Origin: Nageia nagi
Taxonomy: Eukaryota > Plantae > Pinophyta
NCBI GenBank assembly: GCA_050084985.1
Contig: JBITNC010000001.1
Location: 155,992,001-156,056,000 of the forward strand
DNA: 64,000 nucleotides
Direction: 5' to 3'
Positions 1 to 13,700 of the stretch are shown in pieces. The notes below the pieces were generated by a model. That model was not told where the DNA came from and did no database searches. It worked only from the letters and a program-made list of their open reading frames with translations. The stretch's first letter is position 1; each line of letters opens with the position of its first letter. Position numbers and translations under genes: made by a program.

Positions 1-290
1 CCCATATAGGCATACCCATCATTTGGGCTTTATATGGATAAAAACTAGGATGTCATTTTTCTAAAATCAAACCTCTTCTATTGAAGAACTAGGGAGTGCT
101 TAAAATTCGATCATGATCTTTAGAATTTTTGAACATAAATATAATATAAACATTTGAAAATACAATGATGTACAAACTTCCTCTAACGTTATAGTGCAAA
201 TTTTCCCATCTTATGATGAGATCGATATTAGGTATAACAACATGCAATTTGTCAACCAGACTATTGCGCCCTCTCCCTCGCTTGATCAAT
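1..290 (-). mobile_element. LINE (L1) ORF1 remnant, DUF4283-like region
   Basis: Minus-strand translation FMFKNSKDHDRILSTP*FFNRRGLILEK*HPSF resembles the L1 ORF1 'F.F....DRDRIL..PWF....L.L..W.P.F' pattern; fuller copy at 53480-54050. Confidence 0.7.
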
Positions 291-3200
291 GATCTTGTGA
301 TGGATTCTTAGGCATAACTTCCCATCCTTAATATCATTATTTTATTCATGTGTGAAGAGGCTCCTCTAAGAGCATTAGATCCCTTACATGGTCAATTGTT
401 CATTAGCAACCTAAATCGGTTACCATAGTGGACAAAGTGAGAAAAGCTAGAGACCACTAGGGTGGTGAAGAAATGATATGAAAAAATAAAAAGTGAAAAA
501 AAATAGAAGAAAAAGGTGAAAAGCAAAGGGGTGTTAATATCAAAAGGTTTCAAGGGTGCTACAATCACAATGGTAAGTAGCGAAGCTCCTTACTGATCGC
601 CCTACTAGTTTATTGAGCTTAGATTTCCTAACTTGCTCAAATTTCTCATCTGAAACTTCAAGAGTATTTTAATTACCCATTTAATTAAGAGGTAAATATT
701 CATCTAGGTGGAAGAGTAGCGATGCAAAAAATATAAGGTTTCCACTTAAAATTTTGTTAAGTTGAAGATAAGATGAGTAAATACGAGGCATCTACCTAAC
801 CTCCCAATAAAAATAATTATAATCTCATGATGTATTAATATATATTGGAATGATTTTTGATACAATAGCCTTCTATTCTCATATAAGATTAAAAAAATTA
901 AAATAATTTGAAACATGATCACCATTTACATAACCTTTCTAGTTCATAACTCCTAGTCTCTAAAAGATAAACAAATGCTCACAAACAAAAATACAAGGTT
1001 CTCACATATTTGAAATATTCATCACAACCCTGAGATAAGAAAACAAGGTATAAATTCATAATACTAATGATAATTCCCATGCTATAATTATACTCATAAA
1101 CTTACTACCATTAGGTTTTGATTATGCACCTTAGTGGGAATGGACTTTATTATTTACAAATGTAGGTCACTCTATATGAGATCATTTGATACCAAACCAT
1201 GGAGTGATTTCTACCATTAAAGCTAAGAATTACAAACCTATTGATATCCCAAAACAAGCATGGTTTTACACTTTCTCCATTCATGAAAAAAATATTCAAA
1301 CATAAGTATTAAAATGGAGAATTGAACTAGCATATTCTAATAGAATTAGTCATACACCATTTAACCATTTCCAACTTATATTAAGGTATAAAATAATTAC
1401 ATAAAGGATATGAAGTAAATAGGAAACTTTACAAGGATAAGCATTAAAAGAAAGACATATAGTCCTCAATATATCATATTGTCTACCCAAAATTGTGGGT
1501 TCTCTATGAGAGTTGATATTGCATAAATTATGAAGAGATGTTCAAACCAAATAACAATTATTGAATATATTATATTAAAATACCACATAGTTTGGATCTT
1601 GATCATAATTCTCTCTAAATTCATTAAGCAATAAGTAGAATGACACTTCAACCAAAAGATAAAGAATAGCACCATATAAGAGTTTCAAAATTAGGTCTAA
1701 GTTGGTCCATTCCCTACTTTCCTTACTCCATTGGTCCACTTCTTTTTATAGACATATGAAAAAATATAATTTCTCCCTTCAATTTTTCTCACATTATCAC
1801 TTCCTCTATCATTGGAAAGCTAGCAAGGTGGAGGTTCACAAGGAGCTTCTCCTTAGTAAAAATTTAAGAGGGCTCATTATTATAAAAATATGTGGAAGAA
1901 TATTCTACTAAAAATCTTAATTTATCCTTCCTAAAATGTTTAAATGATAACAAGATTGAATTATCACATCAAAACTATTTTCTACCATGATTCCAAGAGT
2001 ATATCAAATGGTCTTCACTATCATCATTGATTCATTTTTCTTTTAATAAAATATCCACTACAATATCTAAAATAAAAAGCATATGCTAAATTTAATTTAC
2101 TCTAGTATGATGTAAGTTGTCGTTAAATTTATAATATAAATATTTATCTCCCCATATTACTCTAATATCAAAGTTGAGTTATATTATATTAATTTTGCAA
2201 TAGGATTTTTTTCCTATGGAGTTATATTACTTTGATAATATAATAATATGTTATGATTTAGCATTTGCCAACATATGCTAGATGCTTAAGGAAAAATCCA
2301 TTCTAGGAGAACAACATTAATGATAAATTTATACTATGTTTAGAATATTTTTATCCATAACATCCTAAACTCCCTTTTCATACCTTTTGTTTATATTATT
2401 TCACCATGTATGTATAAAGTAAAATAGTGTAAATTTATTTATTATTATAAAACTTGAAAGGTAATAATAATAATGAGTTATCCTAGAGGTATAATGCCAA
2501 TCATGCCCAATATTTTACCTATCCTCTCTTTTTCCAAGACCTTCACATATATCAATCCAATGGTAACTATTGACCAATAATGATGTAGGATCATCGAGTT
2601 GGGATCATACTAGCCAACATTGGATATACAGTATACAACCTTCGATTTTATAAGTCGATGCTTAGATGAACTACATCCTTTGGGAGCTTAAATCCATTCA
2701 CAAAGTAACATATCCCTCAGTTGGGATCCTCTTCTTGACAAGAGAACACCTTCTTATATTGAGCAAAAAACCTTTGAGATCTTGGGATGGCCAATCCATA
2801 GACAAAGTGACCAACCTCCTATGATCATATGTCTCTTTAGAAAATGCTACAACCTACAAAGTTGAGGCTACATAGTTCAATTCTGATTTTTTTCAAGTCA
2901 ATTGCTTGCTCCACTAGGCATGAATTCCTTTAATGCTAGGGTCAAAAGTGTAAGAAAGAAAGGGATAATCATACCAGAAAGAGTTTATTCTTAGAGAAGA
3001 GAAGAGGTGCTAGAAAGGAAGAGAAAAAGGATGAAGCATAGGAACAACCCAAGACTCTGATGAAGTACACCATAATCATGGGGGAGGAAACCTAGCTCAT
3101 ACCATAGATTAATACAAACTCATATTCATGAAAAGAGGGCTAGGCATAACAACTACTAATATGTCAACCACCTATATCCCAATATGTGAAGAATCGATCA

Positions 3201-5070
3201 AATTCATCCATATAAATACCTAGGAATACAACATATTAAAATAAAAAAGCAAACATGAACCAATCCAATTTGATACAAAATAAATAATTTTCCATTATAA
3301 AAGGGAAAATTCCAAGTAGTCCTCCTTGATATAATATTAACCTTTCTATTTATAATAGATGATCCTTTCTAAAAATACAAAAATCCTAATGATAGATTCT
3401 TAGATACTTTAACTAACTCTTATTCCTACTACAAAAATTTGGCATTTATGCTACTTATAATAGATATCAATTCAAGAAAATTGAATATTACTAAAAGATC
3501 CATGTCTAGATTGCTAAAGATTCACTAGAAACTTTGCACATGGCTCAGCTAGATGAGGCACATCTCTTCATGTATAAGTTCCCAATTCAAATAGTTAACT
3601 ATGTTAAGTGATGTAATTACTTTTGTGTATGCATATATTTATACTAGGATTATCGATAGAAGGATATTCCACTCTAAGACCTTTGCATGCTCTCCTCTAC
3701 TGCTCTAATGCTTTAGTTCATGCTACATGCATGATACCTAGATCATACTTTGATCCTTGAGTAATTTTGAGGTTTTATCATGCAACTAACATGCCCGATA
3801 AACTATTGCTTCAATTATTTTCTTAACTGGTATCATAATTTGATTAAACTCAACTTTATATTGCTAAATTGCCAATGCTACATGCTAGAGGTATCAACAT
3901 TATTATGAGGGATCTCTTGGGAAGTTATTCATTCTTTGGGTATTACAAAAGTATTTTATTAATTAGTCAAAACCTCAATCATCTTCTCTTTCTTAGTATG
4001 TCACTTTAGATGGTAGGAGATATAATGGATGATATCATCTTCTTAAGATTTATTAGTATTGATATTTTAACATTATTATTTCCCTGATGATGTCAACCTT
4101 GGGCCTGAAGCCTTCATTTCCTTATCTTGTTGAATGATTTCTTCCTTATATTAGATATTTAATGCTCCATTACTGATATCACCTAGCAAAGTGATCCTAA
4201 TTTGACCAACTTATCATTGATATCAATAGGTTAGGATTTTTTACCTTAGCTCATTTTAAAGACCCCTCTCACTGTTGACATCATCTCCAAGTGGGGATTT
4301 ACTTCAACTACCCTTGCTAGCTAGGATTTCATCATTTTGTTATTGATATCATCTGCTCATAAGTTATGATAATTGTTTACCTTTGATATGCCTTATTGGG
4401 TTGACATCATCTCCAACTTGAAGGTTTTTAAAATGATCTTTGAAGGTGTGATTGAAGCAATGAAATTACATGTCCAAACAAGAAGTACAAAATTAAATTT
4501 TGAACTCTTTGTTGCACTTCCCCTTATTGATGATGATGATAATGAAGATCCCTTGCTTCCCCTTTTATCTTAGATTCCCTAGGAGAGGTCCTTGAATGGT
4601 GTAATTAAGGTAAAATCTGAAGAAGTGTGTCTCTCTAGGAATTGTGCTTGTTGTATGTGTGTAAATGACTATGCTATTAGGTAGTTTATGGTTCCATATC
4701 CAATGTTGGAGATGGAATATGTCTTTTTGCCCCTTATGCTATTTTGATCAAGAATCTAGCTATTCTATTATGTATGGTACTCAAGAACCATTTGCACTTA
4801 CATCAATGCCTTGAAATAGAGGGGATCTAATTTTTATGAGATGAAATATGAAGGAAATGCATGTCACTGATAGCATGGAAATAGTGAGCATGCAGCTGAT
4901 GGCGTAGGATCATTTGTATTTTCTTCTATTCTTCAAGATGTAGATACCTGTAATGAAGTGTTAGCAATACCCTACATGAAAATAAGGTGGATGCATAGTA
5001 AGTTGTATCTTCCATGATGATGAGTCAACATCAACAATCTACTTATGGTTGCATCACCAATTTTTCTTTT

Positions 5071-5722
5071 AAGTGAGTGAATTCTCACTAGTCATGTTGT
5101 TGGCCATCAATGGTCATACATTTTATGTCTATGATAAAAAATACATTATGCTTTGTATGGTTCAATGAAAAATCCATGTGAATACACAACAAGTTGCATC
5201 TTCTATTAAGGATCACCCAATTTCAACATGTTGCTCATGGCTGTATCATTGGTTCAATTTTAAGTGAGTGAACTCTCACTAGCCATGTCGTTGGCCATTG
5301 ATCATCATACATTTTATGTCTATGACCCAAAGACATTAAGCTTTATTTGGTTAAAATAAAAAATCATGTGGATACATAGCATGTTGCATCATCCATTAGG
5401 GATGAGACAATGTCAACATCTTGCTCATGACTATATCATTGATTTTAGTTTTAAGTGATGAACTCTCACTAGCTGTGTCATTAGCCATCGATGATCATAG
5501 TTTTATGTCTATGAATTGAAGATATTATGATTTATATGGTTCAAAGTAAAAATCATGTGGATAGATAGCAATTTGATCATCCATTGGGGATGAGCCAATA
5601 TCAACATCTTGTTCATGGTTGCATCATTGGTTTATCTTTTAAGTGAGTGAACTCTCACTAACCATGTCATTGGCCATCAACGATCATACATTTTATGTCT
5701 ATGACTCAAATACATTATGCTA
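5071..5722 (+). repeat. ~190-bp tandem repeat, ~3.5 units, probably retroelement 3' UTR
   Basis: aagtgagtgaactctcactag...cattttatgtctatga recurs at ~5071, 5261, 5452 and 5641. Confidence 0.93.
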
Positions 5723-7559
5723 TATAGCAAGGATGAAATAAATATAATCTTGAGATGGTTTTACCATGGTCAATGCAAATCATAGGGATGTATATATTAT
5801 ACATGGACTATGGTTAGGGTCAACTCCTAGTCCATGGATGATATTTGTTTTGTTTGAATTTCATATATTTTTGTATAGGCTACTATGTTGAAACAAGTCA
5901 TAGCCTATAGATGATTTTTGAGTGACTCACACTAGTGCAATACTACAATAAACCCACCATTTACTCATGGAAGACCATGGCTATGAAAAATAATTATTAG
6001 TAATTCAAGAAATTATGCCTCAAATCATTATTCATATAATTATTAGTAAAACACAATATGCAATATATGAAAATGTACTTGATATTCAACAATTTTAGTG
6101 GTCTTGGATCTTGATCTACATAAGTTTTCAAAGAAAATCCATGCCATTGCAGTGTGAGATGCACCAAATTTTCTAATCTCATCTTCAACAAGACTAATCA
6201 TTGCCTTGAAAAGATGTCATTTCCATAGAGAAATTATAGGACCATCAAAATATGATAGAATATTGATATGCCCCAAGTAGAGGCATTTGTAGCAATTTTA
6301 GGCTATTTGGCAGCATGGAATTATCAATTTGTTTTGTAGAACTTTGGAAATCATGTAACAATCATGCATTTTTTTCATTTCAATATCATCAAGTAATAGG
6401 GAATCATTTAGAATTTACCATAATAATTTGAGGAATATGTTCAAGATAGCAAGTTTTTTCAATATCCAAAATTCATCATTCTAATGTATATGATATTCAG
6501 ATAATAATTGCATAAAATTATGAGATAGATATAATAGAATAAATTATCTAAAAGTATCCTAATTTATCCTTTTCCACTCTATTAGTAGCATTCAAAAGGA
6601 TGAACGAACACTCTCATCAAATGACACCTTCAATTGATAATAAGACATGAATTTTGGCTATACCTACATTCGTTATTAATCATGATTTTGAAAGATAAAA
6701 TTTTAATGTACTACATGAATAAAAATGGATATTCATTATACAATTTTATGTCATACAATTATATTCAAGTGTCATTAATCATTCCAAAAAATTACAAATA
6801 GCCAAAATTGAAAAAATGCATTTTAAATTTTGCTTATTTCCTCTAATTTTACACCATTGGTGGCCTAAATTTAATACAAATTTAATTGAAAAATGCATAT
6901 GTTGTGGGACAAGTAATATGCTATCAAATTAATTTTACTCATCATTTTAATCCATTTCCAATTAAATGCATGCATATCTTATAAAAATAGACACTGCTAG
7001 CAAAAAGAGACATTAGACATTTAAAATATTTTCAAGCATTTTAGCCATACAAAATAATGATTTTGCATACTGTAGGACCAAAAAGAATGATGCCCTAGAT
7101 TTTAGATCAGAAGTAAACCTATATAATTAAATTTAGAAAGTAAAAAGTCATTTTGAGTTTTTCAACTTCCTGATTTGGTGCTTTGGCTTCCTGGCCAAAT
7201 GAGTGATGAAGTGCTAATTGATTTTTGATTTATTAATCATTTTCTTAAGCAGACATGCATGTGGAGGCATGATAGGTTGATTATTATCTTGCATAGGTTA
7301 TTTGTATTTAGTTTGACTCTTATTTGACATGGTAGATGGTTATTAGAGGGGAATCATTTATCCTATCACAAGCAGGTGGGGACAATCACAGAGTACATTT
7401 GCTCATTGTCATACAATCACATAGTAAGTTTTTCATTTTCTTTTCATTGTGTATTTTTATTTTTATTTTTAATTTCCATTTTCAATTATGTGTTTTCACA
7501 CATGCACTTATTTGTTTCACATTTTTCCTTGTAGGAGTGTAAGGTACTGATCTGCAAAG

Positions 7560-8340
7560 GTCATATGAATACTACCATGCTTGAGAAAGTGCGAAGCTAG
7601 CCATGGACTACCCATATGAATGATATCTTGGATAGGTGTCGGTTGGTTAATTTGGCCATTGTTGGTCACATATAGCGAGACCTTCCTCTTCTCACTTCAT
7701 TAGTTGAGTGGTGGGACCTTGATTATTATACATTTCACCTACCTTCAAGTGAAATGATATTTACTCTTCTAGATGTTTACGTATTTAGGGATTCCCATTG
7801 GGATAGCCTTGTACAATAGAGAGAGATTACAAAAAAATAATTTCTATGAGAAAGAGGCCCTTTAGTTGAAAAGGAGGTAGACCATGATTAGGAGCATCAA
7901 GATGCTCATCTCACGAAGGTTTATAGGTTTGCCTTAGTTGGGCATCATTTATATTTATACATAGCTTCCATCATTACCACCTACTTGTGCCCAAAAAAGA
8001 GCAGTTCAACATCCCCCCTTACATTGGTTTGGGTAGTATGATAAATTTATGAGAATCTAGTTTACATGGGGTCCACTAGTATTGGCATAGCTGTACATGG
8101 CCTTGTACAACTTCATTAGCATTGACAAGTTCAACATTACCATTTCTCATCTTGGCCTATTATAGATATGGGCCTATAATCACATCATAGTGAAGTAACT
8201 CATCAACCTTTAGTGGGCTTGGTAGGATCCAAGGGATATTGCTTTAGTTTGTTGGACCTATTATGTAGGTGGTTATTGTATTTATACTCTATAGAGGCAT
8301 GGAGGAGGACCTAGACACTTGCAAGTAGAGGATCTCATGT
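7560..8340 (+). pseudogene. Plant mobile domain (PMD, aminotransferase-like) ORF remnant, TE-borne
   Basis: LPLLTSLVEWWDLDYYTFHLPSSEMIFTLLDVY (7682 onward) and IWAYNHI (~8166) match PMD motifs LVERW..T.TFHLP.GEMT.TL.DV and Q.WAYEH; stops and frameshifts present. Confidence 0.85.
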
Positions 8341-9398
8341 GGGTTTATTTTATATTTTGTTTGGCATGCTGATGCTCATCATCTTGTATGGGTTTGGTAG
8401 CACTACTTTCTCCAAACTAGGAGAAAGTTCATCAAGCCATACCACCTTGACCAAATTTTGAGGTAGTTTGGGATCTAGCAGGGGATCCCACCCATGCCCC
8501 CATGCTATCATAGGTACTAGTAAAGAGGGATTTTTTTGCAAGATCATAGGTTATATAATCTTGGAAAGTATCTTGGAGGATCCCCAAATTTTGTAATGAT
8601 GTTGTGCATATTTCTATGGCTCCTAAGGTCCCCTAGGTATGCAAGATGGTGGGTCAAAGTAATCCTAGCGATATAGGGATGGATGAGGATGATGATAGTG
8701 ATGAGGGGGTGGACAATGAGGGGTCATCTAAGGATGACCATACCAATTTATAAATCCCATCCATGACATCTTGATCTAGGAGGGAGAGGGAGGATTGGCG
8801 CTACTAGTTATCCCACCCAGCTATCATATAGGTAATAAACTAATCCTTCCTTGCAATGTTTTAGATATTCAATTTTTATTAAAATTGTAAAGGAACTAAT
8901 CCTCATGTGTGCATGTAATAAGAGAGACTAATGCCAAGATTACCTCATTGGAGGCAGAGGTGACAAGATTGAGTCCCATGGAGGCCTAAGTGGAAACACT
9001 ATAGGATACACTCTCAAAGAGAGATTCCCATATTGCTACCTAGGATTAGTTAATGAAGAGATTATAGGAGAGGCTTAGTATGCCTCCACTACATCAATAA
9101 TGGGAATATATTCAAAGCTAGTATGATAAGATTGAGACCAAGGAGTGGGAGATCACGACACTAAAGGTTAAATATGCTAGAAACTTTTGGATAGCCATTG
9201 AGTGACAACCAATGGGCTATCTACAAACACCTTATGACTAGGGTGAGTGATAGTAGTAGGCAGGTTAGGTCTAATACTATAGATATGGTAAGTAATGGTG
9301 GTAGTGCCCACACCTAGCGAGTTGTAGGCAAGTAATGGTAGTAGTGCCCACCCTTAGCGAGTTGTAGGGCATTAGGCCCATTGTTGTATACTATGTAC

Positions 9399-9436
<38 letters not shown>

Positions 9437-10199
9437 TAATATTTGGACTCAAACTTGATGCATATGAAATATTTTGTTTATTGTGCATGTGAATGTGCTA
9501 TCTATTTCTATGAAATGCTGATTGTCTAACACCATGACCTAATAATGAAATCTAACCTAAAATTCAAAAAGAAAATGAACTTAATATTTATAAATTATTC
9601 AAGATAATGAATACAATTAATCATAATAAAATACACATGCAATATAACTAATAATTATAACAATCAACTTAATCGAATTGCAATGAGGTTCTAAGGTACC
9701 AAAAGGGTCCCAAATGAACATGTTCAAGTTTTTTCTAATAGATGATAAGAAAACTAGCATAAGACAGTACAATGTACTTAAAAATATTCCAAGATAATGG
9801 AAATACTATTATTGAAAACTCTTCCTGTGAAATGTACATCATTAGCTTACATGGGATAGGGCATGCATGCCATTAGGTGGAATATTCAAAATTGACCCAA
9901 GTAGGGGAATGTAAGAAAAACTCAAAAACATACATGAACATAGTAGAAAATACCCAAAGCACATAAAAACAATTACCTAAATGCATAAAAACATAGAAAA
10001 GACCCTACCTAACAATATATAGTATATGCAAAAATAAAGAAAGTGAAGCAATTACTTTACATACATGGGGTCATTTTTCTACCTAAATACACTTTATAGA
10101 AGTAGGGATGAAAAAGAGGCACCTTTATTTTAGCATATTCCACACCATTAGTGTCATACAAATAGTAATGGATGCTATAGCAGCATTCATTTTGGCTCC

Positions 10200-12495
10200 A
10201 TTTCTAATCTTATTTGGGGAAACATGCCTGTATCAAGGAGTTTGTACAAAATAATAATGTAACTCATTGGAAACACTTACCATTCCAATGCAACCTCTTG
10301 GTTGTGAATGAGGTAGGGGATTAGTAAAACCCTTAGCTATTTGTTGTCAGAATGTATAGGTCCAATTTGTTCAGTAGGTTTAGCATCCATCTTGATAGTT
10401 CCTTTATCAATGAAATCCTATATGATATGTCTAAGATTCCTACAATTGCAAGTTATATGCCTAGGTACCCTATGATAATTACAAAATTCTTCATATCAAA
10501 AATGCATAGGCACACCATTAGGGAACTTGGGTTCAATAATAGGAGGCAACTCAATAACCTCTTCTTTTAAATATAAAAATATTATAGTAATAATTAATCA
10601 ACAGTTTAGAGTTGGTTTTGTATTTATGAGAACATTATTTACTTCATATATATTGGTATTTTAGTAATTGGTTTCTTATTTTGAGTAGTTTCATTGGTAC
10701 TCATAGTATATAGTTTGTTAATACATGGTTTATTTTTATGAAAATATCTATCATGTCTCCTAATGTCATATCATGGTTAGAGATAACATACAATCTATAT
10801 ATAGGCAAAAAATGTTGACAAAAGCATATTTCAAATCTTGTTCAGGAATAGTGATCTTGTTAGCCATTTGTTCCAAACTTTGAAAAATCATGAATAAATT
10901 ATTTAGGAAAATTAATTAATTTTGCATAAATCCTTGAAATAAGCCCTTCAGTCAATATCATACCAAATTTTTTGTAAAAATAAATGAATCAAATCCTCAT
11001 ACTTTTCAATACTTTTCTCAAGAAGATGAAAATACCACTTTAGTGCATCATATTTCAAACTATGGGAAAATAATTTAGCTAACAAAGCTAGATCATGCAT
11101 ATATTATATAGCTTCTTCTTGGAACTTTCTAACATGCATCTTGGGATCTTGATAAACCATCAAAATTGGTAAATCTAATACTCTTTTTTCCACTAAGGAC
11201 CTTAGCAAGGATTCTATCAATTAAAGGCCACCTTAGACAAGATAAGAAATCATCATCATCCATTAAAGTAGTTTGGGGTACAACATTTTTTGATTAAATT
11301 TAAGTTACTTTTTGGGGATGGTGTAGGGGTTTTAGGGGATTTTGTATCTTTTTAAAGTTTACCCTCATTTAAGGAAACAAATAGACCTATTTGATTAACC
11401 CTTTCGTGCTTTAGTTTATCTAGTATTTCAGTTAAGACTTCTAACTATTTCTACGGGGGTTCTTTGTACCAACTAGTAGTATCTTAAACTTCAAGAAGGA
11501 TTCTAGTTTTGATGTTATGTTCTTCTAATGTCCAATTAGGTTGTAATTTGTAAGATTAATTAATCATTTTATGAAGCTATTGGTTGATAAGAGTTTCATG
11601 ATCTTCTTCTAGAATAATTTTCTTATCTTTAAAATTCATACCTTTTTTAAAGTGATTAGGCTTAAGGAGGAGGTAGTTGTAATCTTCATCATCTTCATCT
11701 TGATGATCATCCTTGGCATTGTTCTCACTATGATTTTCATCAAGGGGTTGCATTTCCTCTTCATTTATCTCAAGAGAAAATCCTTCATCATCTATGTTCG
11801 CATTCTTAGCACCATGACCATAGTTTGGCACATTGCTAGATCATCCTCTTTATGATTAGATACCTTCCATTTTGATATTCTTACAATTTCATAAGAAAAT
11901 AGGCTATCCTCTAACTCTACAACCACATAATGCTCTTCAATTAATTAATAGTTAGTCAAAATATTAATCATAAGAGGAGCATTATTTGTAAGATAATATT
12001 CTAATTTTTTCCTATCATATAATGCTTCTTGAATAGACCTAGCATAATAAGGGATTATATCCAATTCTAAAATTTCATCCTCACTATTAGAAGATTTATA
12101 ATGAGTTTCCATGTTCTCAAATTTGGAAAGATTAATGGTAGCATATCTCTAAGGATTTTCATAAATAATATTCATTTTCTTGCTATAATGTGAGGATTTA
12201 GTGTCCCTATGGTCATTGGGAAGGGATTCTTAGATAGGTAAGTCAGGTTTATGCTGAACACTTCTCATAATCTCACTAAAGTGGACTTTTGACCTAAATA
12301 CTTCAGGGTTTTATGTATTAAGATCCATTTTTGGAACATAGCTAGAATAAACCTTAGTTTTATCATTCTCTTTTGCTACTATTCAAAGAGTTTCATCTAA
12401 AGGAATGAATAATAGTGAAAATAGATTCATGACTTTTCATAATAAAGTGCTCTAGATGAAGACCTAGGTGTGTAAGAATGTCGACTTCACCAAAA
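10200..12495 (-). mobile_element. Degenerate Ty3/Gypsy gag with a PBS-like site next to an LTR edge at 12496
   Basis: Minus strand YEEFCNYHRVPRHITCNCRNLRHII*DFIDKG (~10395-10495) is a C-x2-H-x4-H-x4-C gag knuckle; minus strand ...gggtctaCA-ttt-TGGTGAAGTCG at 12496/12482 looks like LTR end plus PBS. Confidence 0.7.
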
Positions 12496-13149
12496 TGTAG
12501 ACCCAAAATAATGCATAACTAATAAAGGGGATTAATTAATGCACTATTTGGACTATTTTATTTTATTGACATAAATATATGAAATGTGGTAATAAGGATT
12601 AATAGGCATACATGTTCATTTTATCTCAATCACATGTTTGATTAATTAATGAGATCATACACCAAATGAAAACATTCATTCCTTCATTAGCACATCGTTA
12701 ATGGCCTAAATAAGACACATTGCTAATGGCCTAAAAGAGGTAAATTTACAATTACAACAAAAGATATGAGGATGCTCGAATGAATGATTCATCAGATAAT
12801 GAATGTGTAATAAGATTTAGAAATGATAGTCATGTATTACAGATATGATATGTGCTAGGGTCTCCCTTAGGTCTTCCTCTTCATTCTCTTTACATTTATA
12901 TTCGATCTTGTTATGGATTCTATAGGTTTTTTATAGCCTTGATATCCTTTGATGATGATTTTCTAATAAGGCTCCTTCCTCCTTTATTTTGGTTTCCTTT
13001 AATGTCTTTATATAGAAACACTTTTATTATAATATTTTGACCATTTTTTACATAATACATCATTGAAGCCCTAAAATGAATTATTTAATAAATAGTAATT
13101 CATTTTTATGCATCTACAAATATGTTGAAAATGAAATTACTCCAAAAAA

Positions 13150-13700
13150 TATGTTTGATTATCACTAAAAACCCTAGCCTACTAAATGCCCATAAGATCC
13201 TCATCCATATCCTCCCATATAGAGTACTATCGGTAAGGATGATACTTAACATGATCAGGTACAATATGGCTTAGGACTCCATGATAATATTGGACATGTT
13301 TTCAAATTTCATCTATAGGATAAATGTAATAATCTTCATGCCACCTTTGAACCCCCACCACATAAGGAACTACATCTATAAATCTAGGGTTTAGGAGTCC
13401 ATAAGGGCATGCAATGGCTATGTGCTCATATGCCCATACTTGAAGAGTGATGGTAACCATGAAGGAATTCCTCTACTCTTGAGTATAGAAAAATAACTCC
13501 TTATAACTATAACGCATCCACTTAATCCCATCAACCAAAACCCTACAATTCAAACCTAATTTTTTTTTATTTAATTTAACATTTGAATGATCTAAGAATG
13601 GACCAGGCAATCTCACATGAGCTTAATAATGCTACTAGCTAGTTCAGCACTCACATTGTAAGATTGGTCAAGAACCAAGATAACCAAACTTGATAAAAAA
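13150..13700 (-). pseudogene. Second PMD remnant, opposite strand
   Basis: Minus strand ITLQVWAYEH at ~13420-13452; extent approximate. Confidence 0.6.

Larger units (their letters stand above)
1..10751 (+). repeat. Large direct (segmental/tandem) duplication, copy 1; partner 53762-64000
   Basis: Colinear match from cccatataggcata (1 / 53762) to gaaaatatctat (~10751 / 64000), roughly 90% identity by eye, with several copy-specific deletions; both copies run off the window ends. Confidence 0.97.

Noticed and set aside
900-2300. Possible Copia-like remnants here and at ~52500-53350 (minus strand)
   Set aside because: Motif resemblance too degraded to support by eye
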